Program-made: the position numbers and the translations under genes | The notes under the pieces: generated by a model | The model's input: only the letters and a program-made list of their open reading frames with translations | Told to the model about the DNA's origin: nothing | The model's database searches: none | Shown: one piece after another, positions 56,440 through 64,000 of the stretch | Layout: each line of letters begins with the position of its first letter | How positions within the stretch are numbered: position 1 is the first letter of the stretch | IMG/VR virus record: IMGVR_UViG_3300042890_003772 | Span: 307-64,306 of that record | Length of the DNA stretch: 64,000 nucleotides | Origin: a virus | Strand: one strand, 5' to 3'

Positions 56440-57849
56440 ATGGCAAAGAGATTATCATTTACACTTACAGGTAACACCGATCAACCTCGTGCACCCGATA
56501 CACAGATATTAAATCAAGATACTACGGGAACTGCAACTAATGCCATTAATATAGTCGGTGGTAAAACTGGGTGTATTCTATACCAAGAATACACCCACAC
56601 TACCACTATGCTTGCTCCGGGTAATACTAATCAAATTTTATCAATTGATAAAAACGGTTTACCGGTGTGGGTAGATAACACCGCTACTAATATGGTAGGC
56701 GGTAAAGCTGGTCAAGTATTGTATCAATCAAATCCGAATATTACTACAACTACTAATACTGGAAAACCAGGGCAAGCATTAATACTAGATAAAAACTCTA
56801 TTCCCACTTGGACCGATATTATATCTAATGCAACCCTTAATGTAGCCGGCGGTAAAGCTGGTCAAGTATTATATCAATCTGGCTCGACAACTACATCATT
56901 TACCAACAGCGGCACTCCGGGTCAAATACTAGGATTAAATAAATTTGGCATACCTGACTGGACAGATTTAAATACCACCGCAAGCAATATCATAGGTGGT
57001 AAAGCGGGTCAAGTATTATATCAATCAGGTCCAAATACAACCACCACCACATTATCTGGTATACCTGGACAAGCATTACTGTTAAATATTAATGGTGTTC
57101 CAGAGTGGTCTGATATATCCACAGCAAATATTACATCATCTAATAATACATCATCAACTAGTGGTGGTACAGCAACGGGTGTTTTTGCATTAAAAGCAAA
57201 CACCACTGGTGTTGGAAATGCCGCATATGGGTACAATTCATTAAAATCAAATACAACCGGTAGTAGCAATTCTAGCTATGGATACAATTCATTAAAATCC
57301 AACGCAGCGGGTGATAGTAATACAGCTTTTGGGAGCTCTACACTACAATCAAACACTAATGGTAGTAATAATACCGCTATAGGTAAACAAGCGCTACAAG
57401 ATAGCACCGGATCAGGTAATATAGCTATTAACCCATGTGATTCAAAAAGTGCATACACTCCAATATTTAACCCAACTACTGAAGATGATCGATTATGTCT
57501 TGGATCATATAATATAACTAATGCTTACGTAAGTGTACCGTGGACTACCAAAGCAGATATACGAGATCAAGTAAATATTGAAGACCTACCATATGGGTTA
57601 GATTTTATAGCTAAATTAAAACCAACTCAATATCAATTTACGAGTAACAGAGAATCTACCACTCCGGTTGGGATAATCAGGTACGGCTTCTCTGCACAAG
57701 ATGTATTAGAAATTGATGATAGTGCACATATAATAGACAATGAAGATCCAAATAATTTAAAAATAAATGAATCAAGTTTGATTGCAATATTAGTTAAAGC
57801 TATTCAAGAACTACAAGCAGAAGTTAATCTATTAAAAAACAATAGTTAA
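56440..57849 (+). CDS. Tail fibre protein with a C-terminal intramolecular-chaperone (peptidase S74-like) domain
   Basis: About five 40-aa GGKAGQVLYQS...PGQAL..W repeats, then NTxGxxNTAxG repeats, then GLDFIAKLKPTQYQF...YGFSAQDVLEI...ELQAEVNLL, as in T5 pb1-type and endosialidase chaperone domains. Confidence 0.6.
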   Translation: MAKRLSFTLTGNTDQPRAPDTQILNQDTTGTATNAINIVGGKTGCILYQEYTHTTTMLAPGNTNQILSIDKNGLPVWVDNTATNMVGGKAGQVLYQSNPNITTTTNTGKPGQALILDKNSIPTWTDIISNATLNVAGGKAGQVLYQSGSTTTSFTNSGTPGQILGLNKFGIPDWTDLNTTASNIIGGKAGQVLYQSGPNTTTTTLSGIPGQALLLNINGVPEWSDISTANITSSNNTSSTSGGTATGVFALKANTTGVGNAAYGYNSLKSNTTGSSNSSYGYNSLKSNAAGDSNTAFGSSTLQSNTNGSNNTAIGKQALQDSTGSGNIAINPCDSKSAYTPIFNPTTEDDRLCLGSYNITNAYVSVPWTTKADIRDQVNIEDLPYGLDFIAKLKPTQYQFTSNRESTTPVGIIRYGFSAQDVLEIDDSAHIIDNEDPNNLKINESSLIAILVKAIQELQAEVNLLKNNS

Positions 57850-57872
57850 GCTCAACAATGATGTAGTTATTC

Positions 57873-57880
57873 GATAAATA
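57873..57880 (+). promoter_or_regulatory. Late-promoter-like CGATAAATA
   Basis: Lies 29 nt upstream of ATG 57909. Confidence 0.4.
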
Positions 57881-57908
57881 CAGCTAGACAAATAAATTTG
57901 GGTACCGC

Positions 57909-58715
57909 ATGCCTACTGTAATTGACAATAAGACCTCAAACTACGCTATACCGCTACCCGCGGTATCAAATCGATTAGTAGATGATATCGCTAGACTTTC
58001 TAGTGCATTGTTTACTATTGATCTTGTTTTAGCGTTAAAGCAGGATCAATCTACTGCAGGTGCAATTAACGGGATAGCTACATTAGATAATAACGGCCGC
58101 TTAACAGCTACGCAATTACCTGCATTATCAGGAGATGTAACACTAAACGCCGGATCCACTGCATTAACACTATCAAACACTGGGGTCTCCGCAGGGACGT
58201 ACAGCTCTGTTACTGTTGATACTAAAGGTCGTGTAACATCGGGGACAACGGTGTCTTCATCGACTCTCCAACCTACCGGAATTATAACAACAAATTATAC
58301 TGCATCTGTATACCAGCTTATCAAAGCAAGTACTGTTGATGGTATTATTACTATTATATTGCCGTCTACTCCGATAGACGGTGCAATGATATGTATTGTT
58401 GATGTTGGAAATCATTGTGGATTTAATGCAGTAACGATTCAATCCGGTGCAGGTGATACGATTAATTTTACATCATCGCAGGTATTAAATAATAATGGTA
58501 TGTGCATTACATATGTGTACATAGCCACTTCTGCCAATTGGCAGATATATAGCACCTCATTAGCAACTAGCGGTTCGACAAGTGGGTTTAATGGAGTTGA
58601 AACAAGATTAGATGGGGGAGCTCCATACATGGATGCAAGTACAACGATTATAATTGATGGCGGATCACCGATTACGATATTAGGTGTTCAAGATATTGAT
58701 GGAGGTAGTGAATAA
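57909..58715 (+). CDS. Tail fibre protein paralog C (268 aa)
   Basis: N-terminal NYAIPLPAVSNRLVDDIARLSSALFTID. A VTVDTKGRV motif and a C-terminal module. Confidence 0.6.
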   Translation: MPTVIDNKTSNYAIPLPAVSNRLVDDIARLSSALFTIDLVLALKQDQSTAGAINGIATLDNNGRLTATQLPALSGDVTLNAGSTALTLSNTGVSAGTYSSVTVDTKGRVTSGTTVSSSTLQPTGIITTNYTASVYQLIKASTVDGIITIILPSTPIDGAMICIVDVGNHCGFNAVTIQSGAGDTINFTSSQVLNNNGMCITYVYIATSANWQIYSTSLATSGSTSGFNGVETRLDGGAPYMDASTTIIIDGGSPITILGVQDIDGGSE

Positions 58716-60412
58716 TGACAACGAGAATACAATTTAGACGCGGATTAGCGTCAAATTGGGCGATAACAAATCCTACATTATATCAAGGTGAATTAGGGCT
58801 TGAGTTAGATACTAATAATATAAAGATAGGTGATGGGGTAGCTGCCTGGAACTCGTTGAATTATAGTAAATTTTTACCTGTACAAACAAATAACAGTGGT
58901 AAATATTTAACTACTAATGGTACAGATGCATCGTGGGCATCAACCACTGGAACTGGCACATTAGTTCTATCAACATCTCCAACATTAGTAACACCTATAC
59001 TAGGAACACCCACATCTGGTGATTTAACTAATTGTACTAATGCGGTCGGATATGGGTTAAAATCAGCTACAACAATAGTGAGTGTAAGTGCCGCAACAGC
59101 ACCATCTGCAGGTCAAGTATTAGTCGCCACCAATTCAACGACAGCACAATGGCAAACACCTGCAGTATCGTTACCTACTCAGACTGAAAACAGTGGTAAG
59201 TACTTAACAACAGATGGATCGAGTGCATCATGGGCATCTACCACCGGTACGGGAACATTAGTTTTAAATATATCACCAACTATTGACGCGCCAAGAATCA
59301 CTACAACTGTACTAGTTGGACCAAGTACTGCAGCAAACCTAACACGCTTTCCAAACGCTGTAGCTGTTGTATCTAGTACGGTAGCTGGTATACAACATAA
59401 TGAATCACATAATATTGGATTAATTGCGGAGGGAACTGCAAATGCTGCTGATTCTACTATTTACGGTATCGGTGTTTATGGGGTTGGTTATACTAACGCT
59501 GGAACTCGTTCTGGAGGAATAGTTGGTGAAGGACATGTATCAAACACTACAGATGGTGGTAGTGCGATAGGTGTACGGGGATACTCAAACGATACTCATG
59601 CAGGTGGTATGAATATCGGGCTATATGCTGATGCTGGTGGTAGTGCGGTTAATAATTACGCGTTATACATGAACAGTGGTGATATTACTAATATTGCCGC
59701 ACAAACATGGAATTTAGGTGGGAACCTAACATTTAGTGGAGCCTTTACAGTAGCAGTACCAACATTGAGCTTAACTAATGCATTAAGTGTTGCGAGTGGT
59801 GGGACTGGTACAAGCTCATTAGCGCTTAATAATATTTTATTAGGTAATGGTACTAACGCTGTGCAAGCGGTACCACCGGGCACATCTGGTAATATATTAA
59901 CCAGTAACGGTAACACGTGGGTTAGCGCTACACCCACTGCAACATTACCGTTGCAAACCGGTAATGCTGGTAGGTTTTTAGCTACTGATGGAACTGGAAC
60001 ATCATGGCAAGCTGTATCTAGTGGTATGGCACCAACACCAATAATGACAGCAGACTATACAGCGGTTACAAATGATTTAGTGCGTTGCAATACAACTAGT
60101 TCTTCGTTTAATGTTACATTACCTTCTGCTCCAATTGACGGAGCATTTGTAGGTATTATAGATATAAATAATACATTCAGTACAAATAATCTCACGGTGC
60201 TGCCAGGTGTAGGTAAGACGGTTGAAGGTAATAGCACATACATATTAGACATAAATGGTGCGTATATTGCGTTTATATACTCCACCACATCTACTGATTG
60301 GCATTTAATGTGTATACCACCTGCAACAGCACCTGCAACAGCTGTTACAAGTGGTGGTAGCTCTTCATCATCAGTGGGTTTTGAAGCAAATTTCATGCTA
60401 ATGGGAGCATAA
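58715..60412 (+). CDS. Tail fibre protein (565 aa)
   Basis: Repeated GKYLTTxG..SW and GNILTSNGNTWVS motifs. C-terminal LVRCNT...DINGAYIAFIY..DWHLM module. Confidence 0.6.
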   Translation: MTTRIQFRRGLASNWAITNPTLYQGELGLELDTNNIKIGDGVAAWNSLNYSKFLPVQTNNSGKYLTTNGTDASWASTTGTGTLVLSTSPTLVTPILGTPTSGDLTNCTNAVGYGLKSATTIVSVSAATAPSAGQVLVATNSTTAQWQTPAVSLPTQTENSGKYLTTDGSSASWASTTGTGTLVLNISPTIDAPRITTTVLVGPSTAANLTRFPNAVAVVSSTVAGIQHNESHNIGLIAEGTANAADSTIYGIGVYGVGYTNAGTRSGGIVGEGHVSNTTDGGSAIGVRGYSNDTHAGGMNIGLYADAGGSAVNNYALYMNSGDITNIAAQTWNLGGNLTFSGAFTVAVPTLSLTNALSVASGGTGTSSLALNNILLGNGTNAVQAVPPGTSGNILTSNGNTWVSATPTATLPLQTGNAGRFLATDGTGTSWQAVSSGMAPTPIMTADYTAVTNDLVRCNTTSSSFNVTLPSAPIDGAFVGIIDINNTFSTNNLTVLPGVGKTVEGNSTYILDINGAYIAFIYSTTSTDWHLMCIPPATAPATAVTSGGSSSSSVGFEANFMLMGA

Positions 60413-60413
60413 C

Positions 60414-60740
60414 GTGGCAACATCGTACAAAGTTTTGGGTCAATTAAATCCAACTGCAACGACTATGACTAATCTATACACTGTACCAGGTGCAACATCA
60501 GCCGTGTGTAGCACGTTATCAGTTGCTAATCTTGGACCATCTACAACTTTTAGAATCGCTGTTAGACCTGTAGGTGCAGCATTAGTTAATCAACATTATA
60601 TTGCATATGATACACCAGTAAATCAATACGACACTGTGTTTTTAACGATTGGTGTAACTCTTGCAGCAACTGATATTATTTCAGTGTACGCGGGCACAGC
60701 AACTGTAGCATTTAGCTTGTTCGGGTCGGAGATAGCATAA
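60414..60740 (+). CDS. Hypothetical small protein (GTG start)
   Basis: GGGAG lies 5 nt upstream of GTG 60414. Confidence 0.35.
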   Translation: MATSYKVLGQLNPTATTMTNLYTVPGATSAVCSTLSVANLGPSTTFRIAVRPVGAALVNQHYIAYDTPVNQYDTVFLTIGVTLAATDIISVYAGTATVAFSLFGSEIA

Positions 60741-62701
60741 TGTCTGCTATTAATATGAAAGCTAAAACAATGGCAACTAAGGCTATGAATTTAGCTGCAC
60801 AGCGAGTTAATTCAACTAGAAATCCACTACCTTACACAAGACCAACTGAATGGATGACACTTCCCACTGTACTTGCCACAGACCAAAAATTTGTTGGATT
60901 GCACATGGTTACAGTTGACAGTTGTTTTTGTGCTTTATCTGCATCTGGTGCATATACAGTTGATTGGGGTGATGGTTTAACAGAAAACTTCGCTGCTGGC
61001 GTTACGGCTTATCATCAATATAATTACAATACACTAACAACAACCAGCACATCAAATGCAACTGTAACATCGTTTGGGTATAAACAAGCAATTGTAACTG
61101 TTACTCCACAGGCTGGTAATAACTTAGCCGCATTAAATCTCAATGTAAAACATAATCAAACTGGATTACAAGCGTATAGTTCGGGATTTGTTGATATTGC
61201 TATTGCTAGTCCTTATTTGGTTGATTGTTTTATTGGAAGTTCGGATAGAGCTGGAACGCAAGCAATAACAATGCAAGACTTGGAAATAGTAAACATTGTT
61301 AAATCTGCAGTATTGGATTTTAGTTATTGCTTGCTCGGGTGTTCTTCTCTACAATCAGTTATTGCTATTGACACTTCTGCTTGTATTACTGCTACAAATA
61401 TGTTCGGTAGTTGCTCTGGCTTGCAAACAGTTCCTTTGTTTAATCTAGCAGCTTGTACTACTGCTTCTGGTATGTTCAGTAGTTGCTCTGGCTTGCAAAC
61501 AGTTCCTTTGTTTAATCTAGCAGCTTGTACTTTTACTGCAAGTATGTTCACTAATTGCTATAGCCTACAAACAGTACCTTTGTTTAATTTAAGTGCATTA
61601 ACTAATGCTTCAAATATGTTTAGTAATTGCTATAGCCTACAAACAGTACCTTTGTTTAATCTAGCAGCTTGTACTAATACTTCAAATATGTTCATTAATT
61701 GCCTTAGTCTGCAAACAGTTCCTTTGTTTAATTTAAGTGCATTAACTAATGCTACAAGTATGTTCAGTAGTTGCCGTAGCTTACAAACAGTTCCTTTGTT
61801 TAATTTAAGTGCAGTAACTAATGCTACTAGTATGTTCATTAATTGCCTTAGTCTGCAAACAGTTCCTTTGTTTAATTTAAGTGCATTAACTAATGCTACA
61901 AGTATGTTCAGTAGTTGCCGTAGCTTACAAACAGTTCCTTTGTTTAATTTAAGTGCAGTAACTAATGCTACAAGTATGTTCCAGAGTTGCTCTGGCTTGC
62001 AAACAGTACCTTTGTTTAATCTAGCAGCTTGTACTAATGCTACAAGTATGTTCAGTAGTTGCTCTGGCTTACAAACAGTTCCTTTGTTTAATTTAAGTGC
62101 AGTAACTAATGCTACAAGTATGTTCATTAATTGCCTTAGTCTGCAAACAGTTCCTTTGTTTAATTTAAGTGCATTAACTAATGCTACAAGTATGTTCAGT
62201 AGTTGCCGTAGCTTACAAACAGTTCCTTTGTTTAATTTAAGTGCATTAACTAATGCTACAAGTATGTTCACTAGTTGCCTTAGTCTGCAAACAGTTCCTT
62301 TGTTTAATTTAAGTGCAGTAACTAATGCTACAAGTATGTTCAATAGTTGCTCTGGCTTACAAACAGTTCCTTTGTTTAATTTAAGTGCAGTAACTAATGC
62401 TACAAGTATGTTCAATAATTGCCTTAGTCTGCAAACAGTTCCTTTGTTTAATCTAGCAGCTTGTACTACTACTACAAGTATGTTCAGTAGTTGCTATAGC
62501 CTAGTAAAAGCAACATGCACAGGAACTAAAGTATCAATTGATTATACCAACTGCAAACTATCAGCAACCCAACTAAATGATATATACACTAACTTAGCAT
62601 CAGGTGTAGTGAGCCAAACAATAACGGTAACCGGTAACTGGGGGTCCGCTACATCCACAACATCAATAGCCACAGCAAAAGGCTGGACTGTAACAGGGTA
62701 A
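60740..62701 (+). CDS. Repeat protein: 16 tandem 24-aa units (MFxxCxxLQTVPLFNLSAxTNATS), LRR-like/DUF285-like beta-solenoid; putative receptor-binding or decoration protein
   Basis: A 72-bp period from about 61330 to 62510, with units nearly identical at the DNA level. Confidence 0.65.
   Translation: MSAINMKAKTMATKAMNLAAQRVNSTRNPLPYTRPTEWMTLPTVLATDQKFVGLHMVTVDSCFCALSASGAYTVDWGDGLTENFAAGVTAYHQYNYNTLTTTSTSNATVTSFGYKQAIVTVTPQAGNNLAALNLNVKHNQTGLQAYSSGFVDIAIASPYLVDCFIGSSDRAGTQAITMQDLEIVNIVKSAVLDFSYCLLGCSSLQSVIAIDTSACITATNMFGSCSGLQTVPLFNLAACTTASGMFSSCSGLQTVPLFNLAACTFTASMFTNCYSLQTVPLFNLSALTNASNMFSNCYSLQTVPLFNLAACTNTSNMFINCLSLQTVPLFNLSALTNATSMFSSCRSLQTVPLFNLSAVTNATSMFINCLSLQTVPLFNLSALTNATSMFSSCRSLQTVPLFNLSAVTNATSMFQSCSGLQTVPLFNLAACTNATSMFSSCSGLQTVPLFNLSAVTNATSMFINCLSLQTVPLFNLSALTNATSMFSSCRSLQTVPLFNLSALTNATSMFTSCLSLQTVPLFNLSAVTNATSMFNSCSGLQTVPLFNLSAVTNATSMFNNCLSLQTVPLFNLAACTTTTSMFSSCYSLVKATCTGTKVSIDYTNCKLSATQLNDIYTNLASGVVSQTITVTGNWGSATSTTSIATAKGWTVTG
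61330..62510 (+). repeat. Tandem array of 72-bp near-identical repeats (16 copies) inside the CDS
   Basis: Direct reading: ...atgttcagtagttgc(c/t)(c/g)t(a/g)gc(t/c)t(a/g)caaacagttcctttgtttaatttaagtgca(g/t)taactaatgctacaagt... reiterated. Confidence 0.9.
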
Positions 62702-62705
62702 TGAT

Positions 62706-62915
62706 ATGAGTTTTTTTAGAATAGATAATGATAATTTACATGAGGCTCCTAATTTTGTGTACGCACCTGATTATGAATTATCCATAGATGAAAAGGATAC
62801 TTATACATATCCAACTGAAGGTGGCTGGTATTGGTTTGATACTATAGCAGAAGCAAGAGAGTTTTTTAATATACCAGAGCCCATCATTGATGAAGGATTA
62901 GTAAATGACGAATAG
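62706..62915 (+). CDS. Hypothetical small acidic protein
   Basis: 69-aa ORF. Confidence 0.35.
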   Translation: MSFFRIDNDNLHEAPNFVYAPDYELSIDEKDTYTYPTEGGWYWFDTIAEAREFFNIPEPIIDEGLVNDE

Positions 62916-63789
62916 ATTATCATCGGCTCTACAAGTTGTTACACCGGGAACAACTGGTAATGTATTAACTAGTAATGGATCAACATGGGTAAGTGCAACC
63001 CCTGCTGTATCACTACCAACTCAAACAAGCAATACAGGTAAATACTTAACAACTGATGGTACAGTTGCAGCATGGGCGACTATATCGAGTGGATTGACAT
63101 CAACTCCGGTACAAACATCAGCTTATACAGCTGCAGTATATGAGTTAGTACGTACCAATACAACATCTGGGTCATTTACAGTTACATTACCTGCATCACC
63201 AATTGATGGTGCTCAAATTGGTGTTATCGATATAGCTAAAACATTTGGATCGTATCCATTAACATTAGCGCCAGGGGTTGGTGCAACTATTGAAGGTGAT
63301 AGTACTGCAATGTTATTAGATATTAATGGTGCTTATGTTGCGTTTGTATATACGGCATCCCTAACAAATTGGCGGTTATTATCTATACCATTTGGAGGTA
63401 ATGGTGTGATTAGTAACGGTGGCTTAGTACCAACTACTGTTAAAATTGCAAATTATTCTACATCCAGTAATGAGTTAGTTAGATGTAATACATCAGGTGG
63501 AGCGTTTAGCGTGACTATGCCTGCAGCTCCATTAGATGGTGCAATCATTGGATTTGTTGATATAAATAACACATTTGCAACCAACAATTTAACAATCTTA
63601 CCAGCTGGTAAAACAATTGAGGGAGACGCAACCTCATATGTACTAGATATAAGTGGAGTGTATGTGTCGTTTATATATACATCAACAACAGGTAATTGGC
63701 GGTTATTAGAAACGCCAACAATATCGTTATCATCATCTACCACATCGATTGGTAAATCGATAGCAATGTCCATCGCCTTTGGGGGGTAA
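62905..63789 (+). CDS. Tail fibre protein with two copies of the C-terminal LVRxNT...NWRLL module
   Basis: GNVLTSNGSTWVSATPAVSLPTQTSNTGKYLTTDG motif. The module repeats at about 63143-63386 and 63473-63713. Confidence 0.6.
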   Translation: MTNRLSSALQVVTPGTTGNVLTSNGSTWVSATPAVSLPTQTSNTGKYLTTDGTVAAWATISSGLTSTPVQTSAYTAAVYELVRTNTTSGSFTVTLPASPIDGAQIGVIDIAKTFGSYPLTLAPGVGATIEGDSTAMLLDINGAYVAFVYTASLTNWRLLSIPFGGNGVISNGGLVPTTVKIANYSTSSNELVRCNTSGGAFSVTMPAAPLDGAIIGFVDINNTFATNNLTILPAGKTIEGDATSYVLDISGVYVSFIYTSTTGNWRLLETPTISLSSSTTSIGKSIAMSIAFGG

Positions 63790-63792
63790 TAT

Positions 63793-64000
63793 ATGGCAAA
63801 TCCAAATATAATAAACATTACAGCAATGTATGGTAAGACTACATATCTAACACCCGCGGTTACAACTGCGGTCGTATTATTGACAAACCCCAGTGGTAGC
63901 GGTAAAGTATATAAAGTAAATCAAATCTTAGCAGCTAACATAGACGGTACAAATAGTATTAACGCCACTATATCAAATTATAGTAACGGTGCAGTAGCTC
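63793..64000 (+). CDS. Hypothetical protein, 5' partial in this window (runs past the end)
   Basis: ATG at 63793 (MANPNIINITAMYGKTTYL...) with no stop before 64000. Confidence 0.4.
   Translation, partial: MANPNIINITAMYGKTTYLTPAVTTAVVLLTNPSGSGKVYKVNQILAANIDGTNSINATISNYSNGAVA

Noticed and set aside
61630-62415. A 261-aa minus-strand ORF and a 75-aa ORF (61324-61551) antisense to the 72-bp repeat array.
   Set aside because: The frame stays open only because each repeat unit lacks stops in the antisense frame. The sense-strand protein has a coherent 24-aa repeat structure.
61330-62510. The possibility that the 72-bp repeat array is a CRISPR array.
   Set aside because: The repeats are directly adjacent with no unique spacers. 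They are in frame and translated as a regular 24-aa repeat, and no cas genes are present.

Overview
This is an AT-rich (about 35% GC), densely coding double-stranded DNA phage window. Genes are tightly packed and often translationally coupled, with ATGA or TAATG overlaps between stop and start codons. It carries T4-type hallmark genes that can be recognised directly from the translations: a GH24 phage lysozyme; RNA ligase 1 (T4 gp63-like); the prohead protease gp21, scaffold gp22 and major capsid protein gp23 (motif IPMIRRVIPNAIATEIVGVQPMTGP); topoisomerase II subunits gp52 and a fused gp39/60; baseplate protein gp25; and a gp5-like spike with an OB fold and a beta-helix. These core genes are not in T4 order. 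Between them sit accessory cargo genes: a bifunctional HD-domain/P-loop polynucleotide kinase; a predicted nucleotidyltransferase; three tandem ModA/ModB-like ADP-ribosyltransferases; a CobB-like sirtuin; a phosphoribosyltransferase-domain protein; an SPFH lipoprotein; and an acidic D/E-repeat protein. The last 25 kb is a tail-fibre super-locus. It holds a 3461-aa fibre with hierarchically repeated modules, at least five mosaic fibre paralogs built from shared N-terminal and C-terminal modules, a Gly-rich gp38-like protein, a fibre with a C-terminal S74 chaperone domain, and a protein made of sixteen near-identical 72-bp (24-aa) repeats. T4-late-promoter-like boxes (TATAAATA and G/CATAAATA variants) sit 25-70 nt upstream of structural and fibre genes. 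Two near-consensus sigma70 promoters drive the RNA-repair genes. The most notable observation is a shared N-terminal signature, M-(K/L/R)-L-x-E-(I/L), on ten or more otherwise unrelated proteins, including the three ADP-ribosyltransferases. It resembles the T4 capsid-targeting sequence and the gp21 cleavage motif (L/I-x-E), which suggests a set of capsid-packaged, injected effector proteins. No tRNA, CRISPR array or integrase was recognised by eye. The host is unknown.
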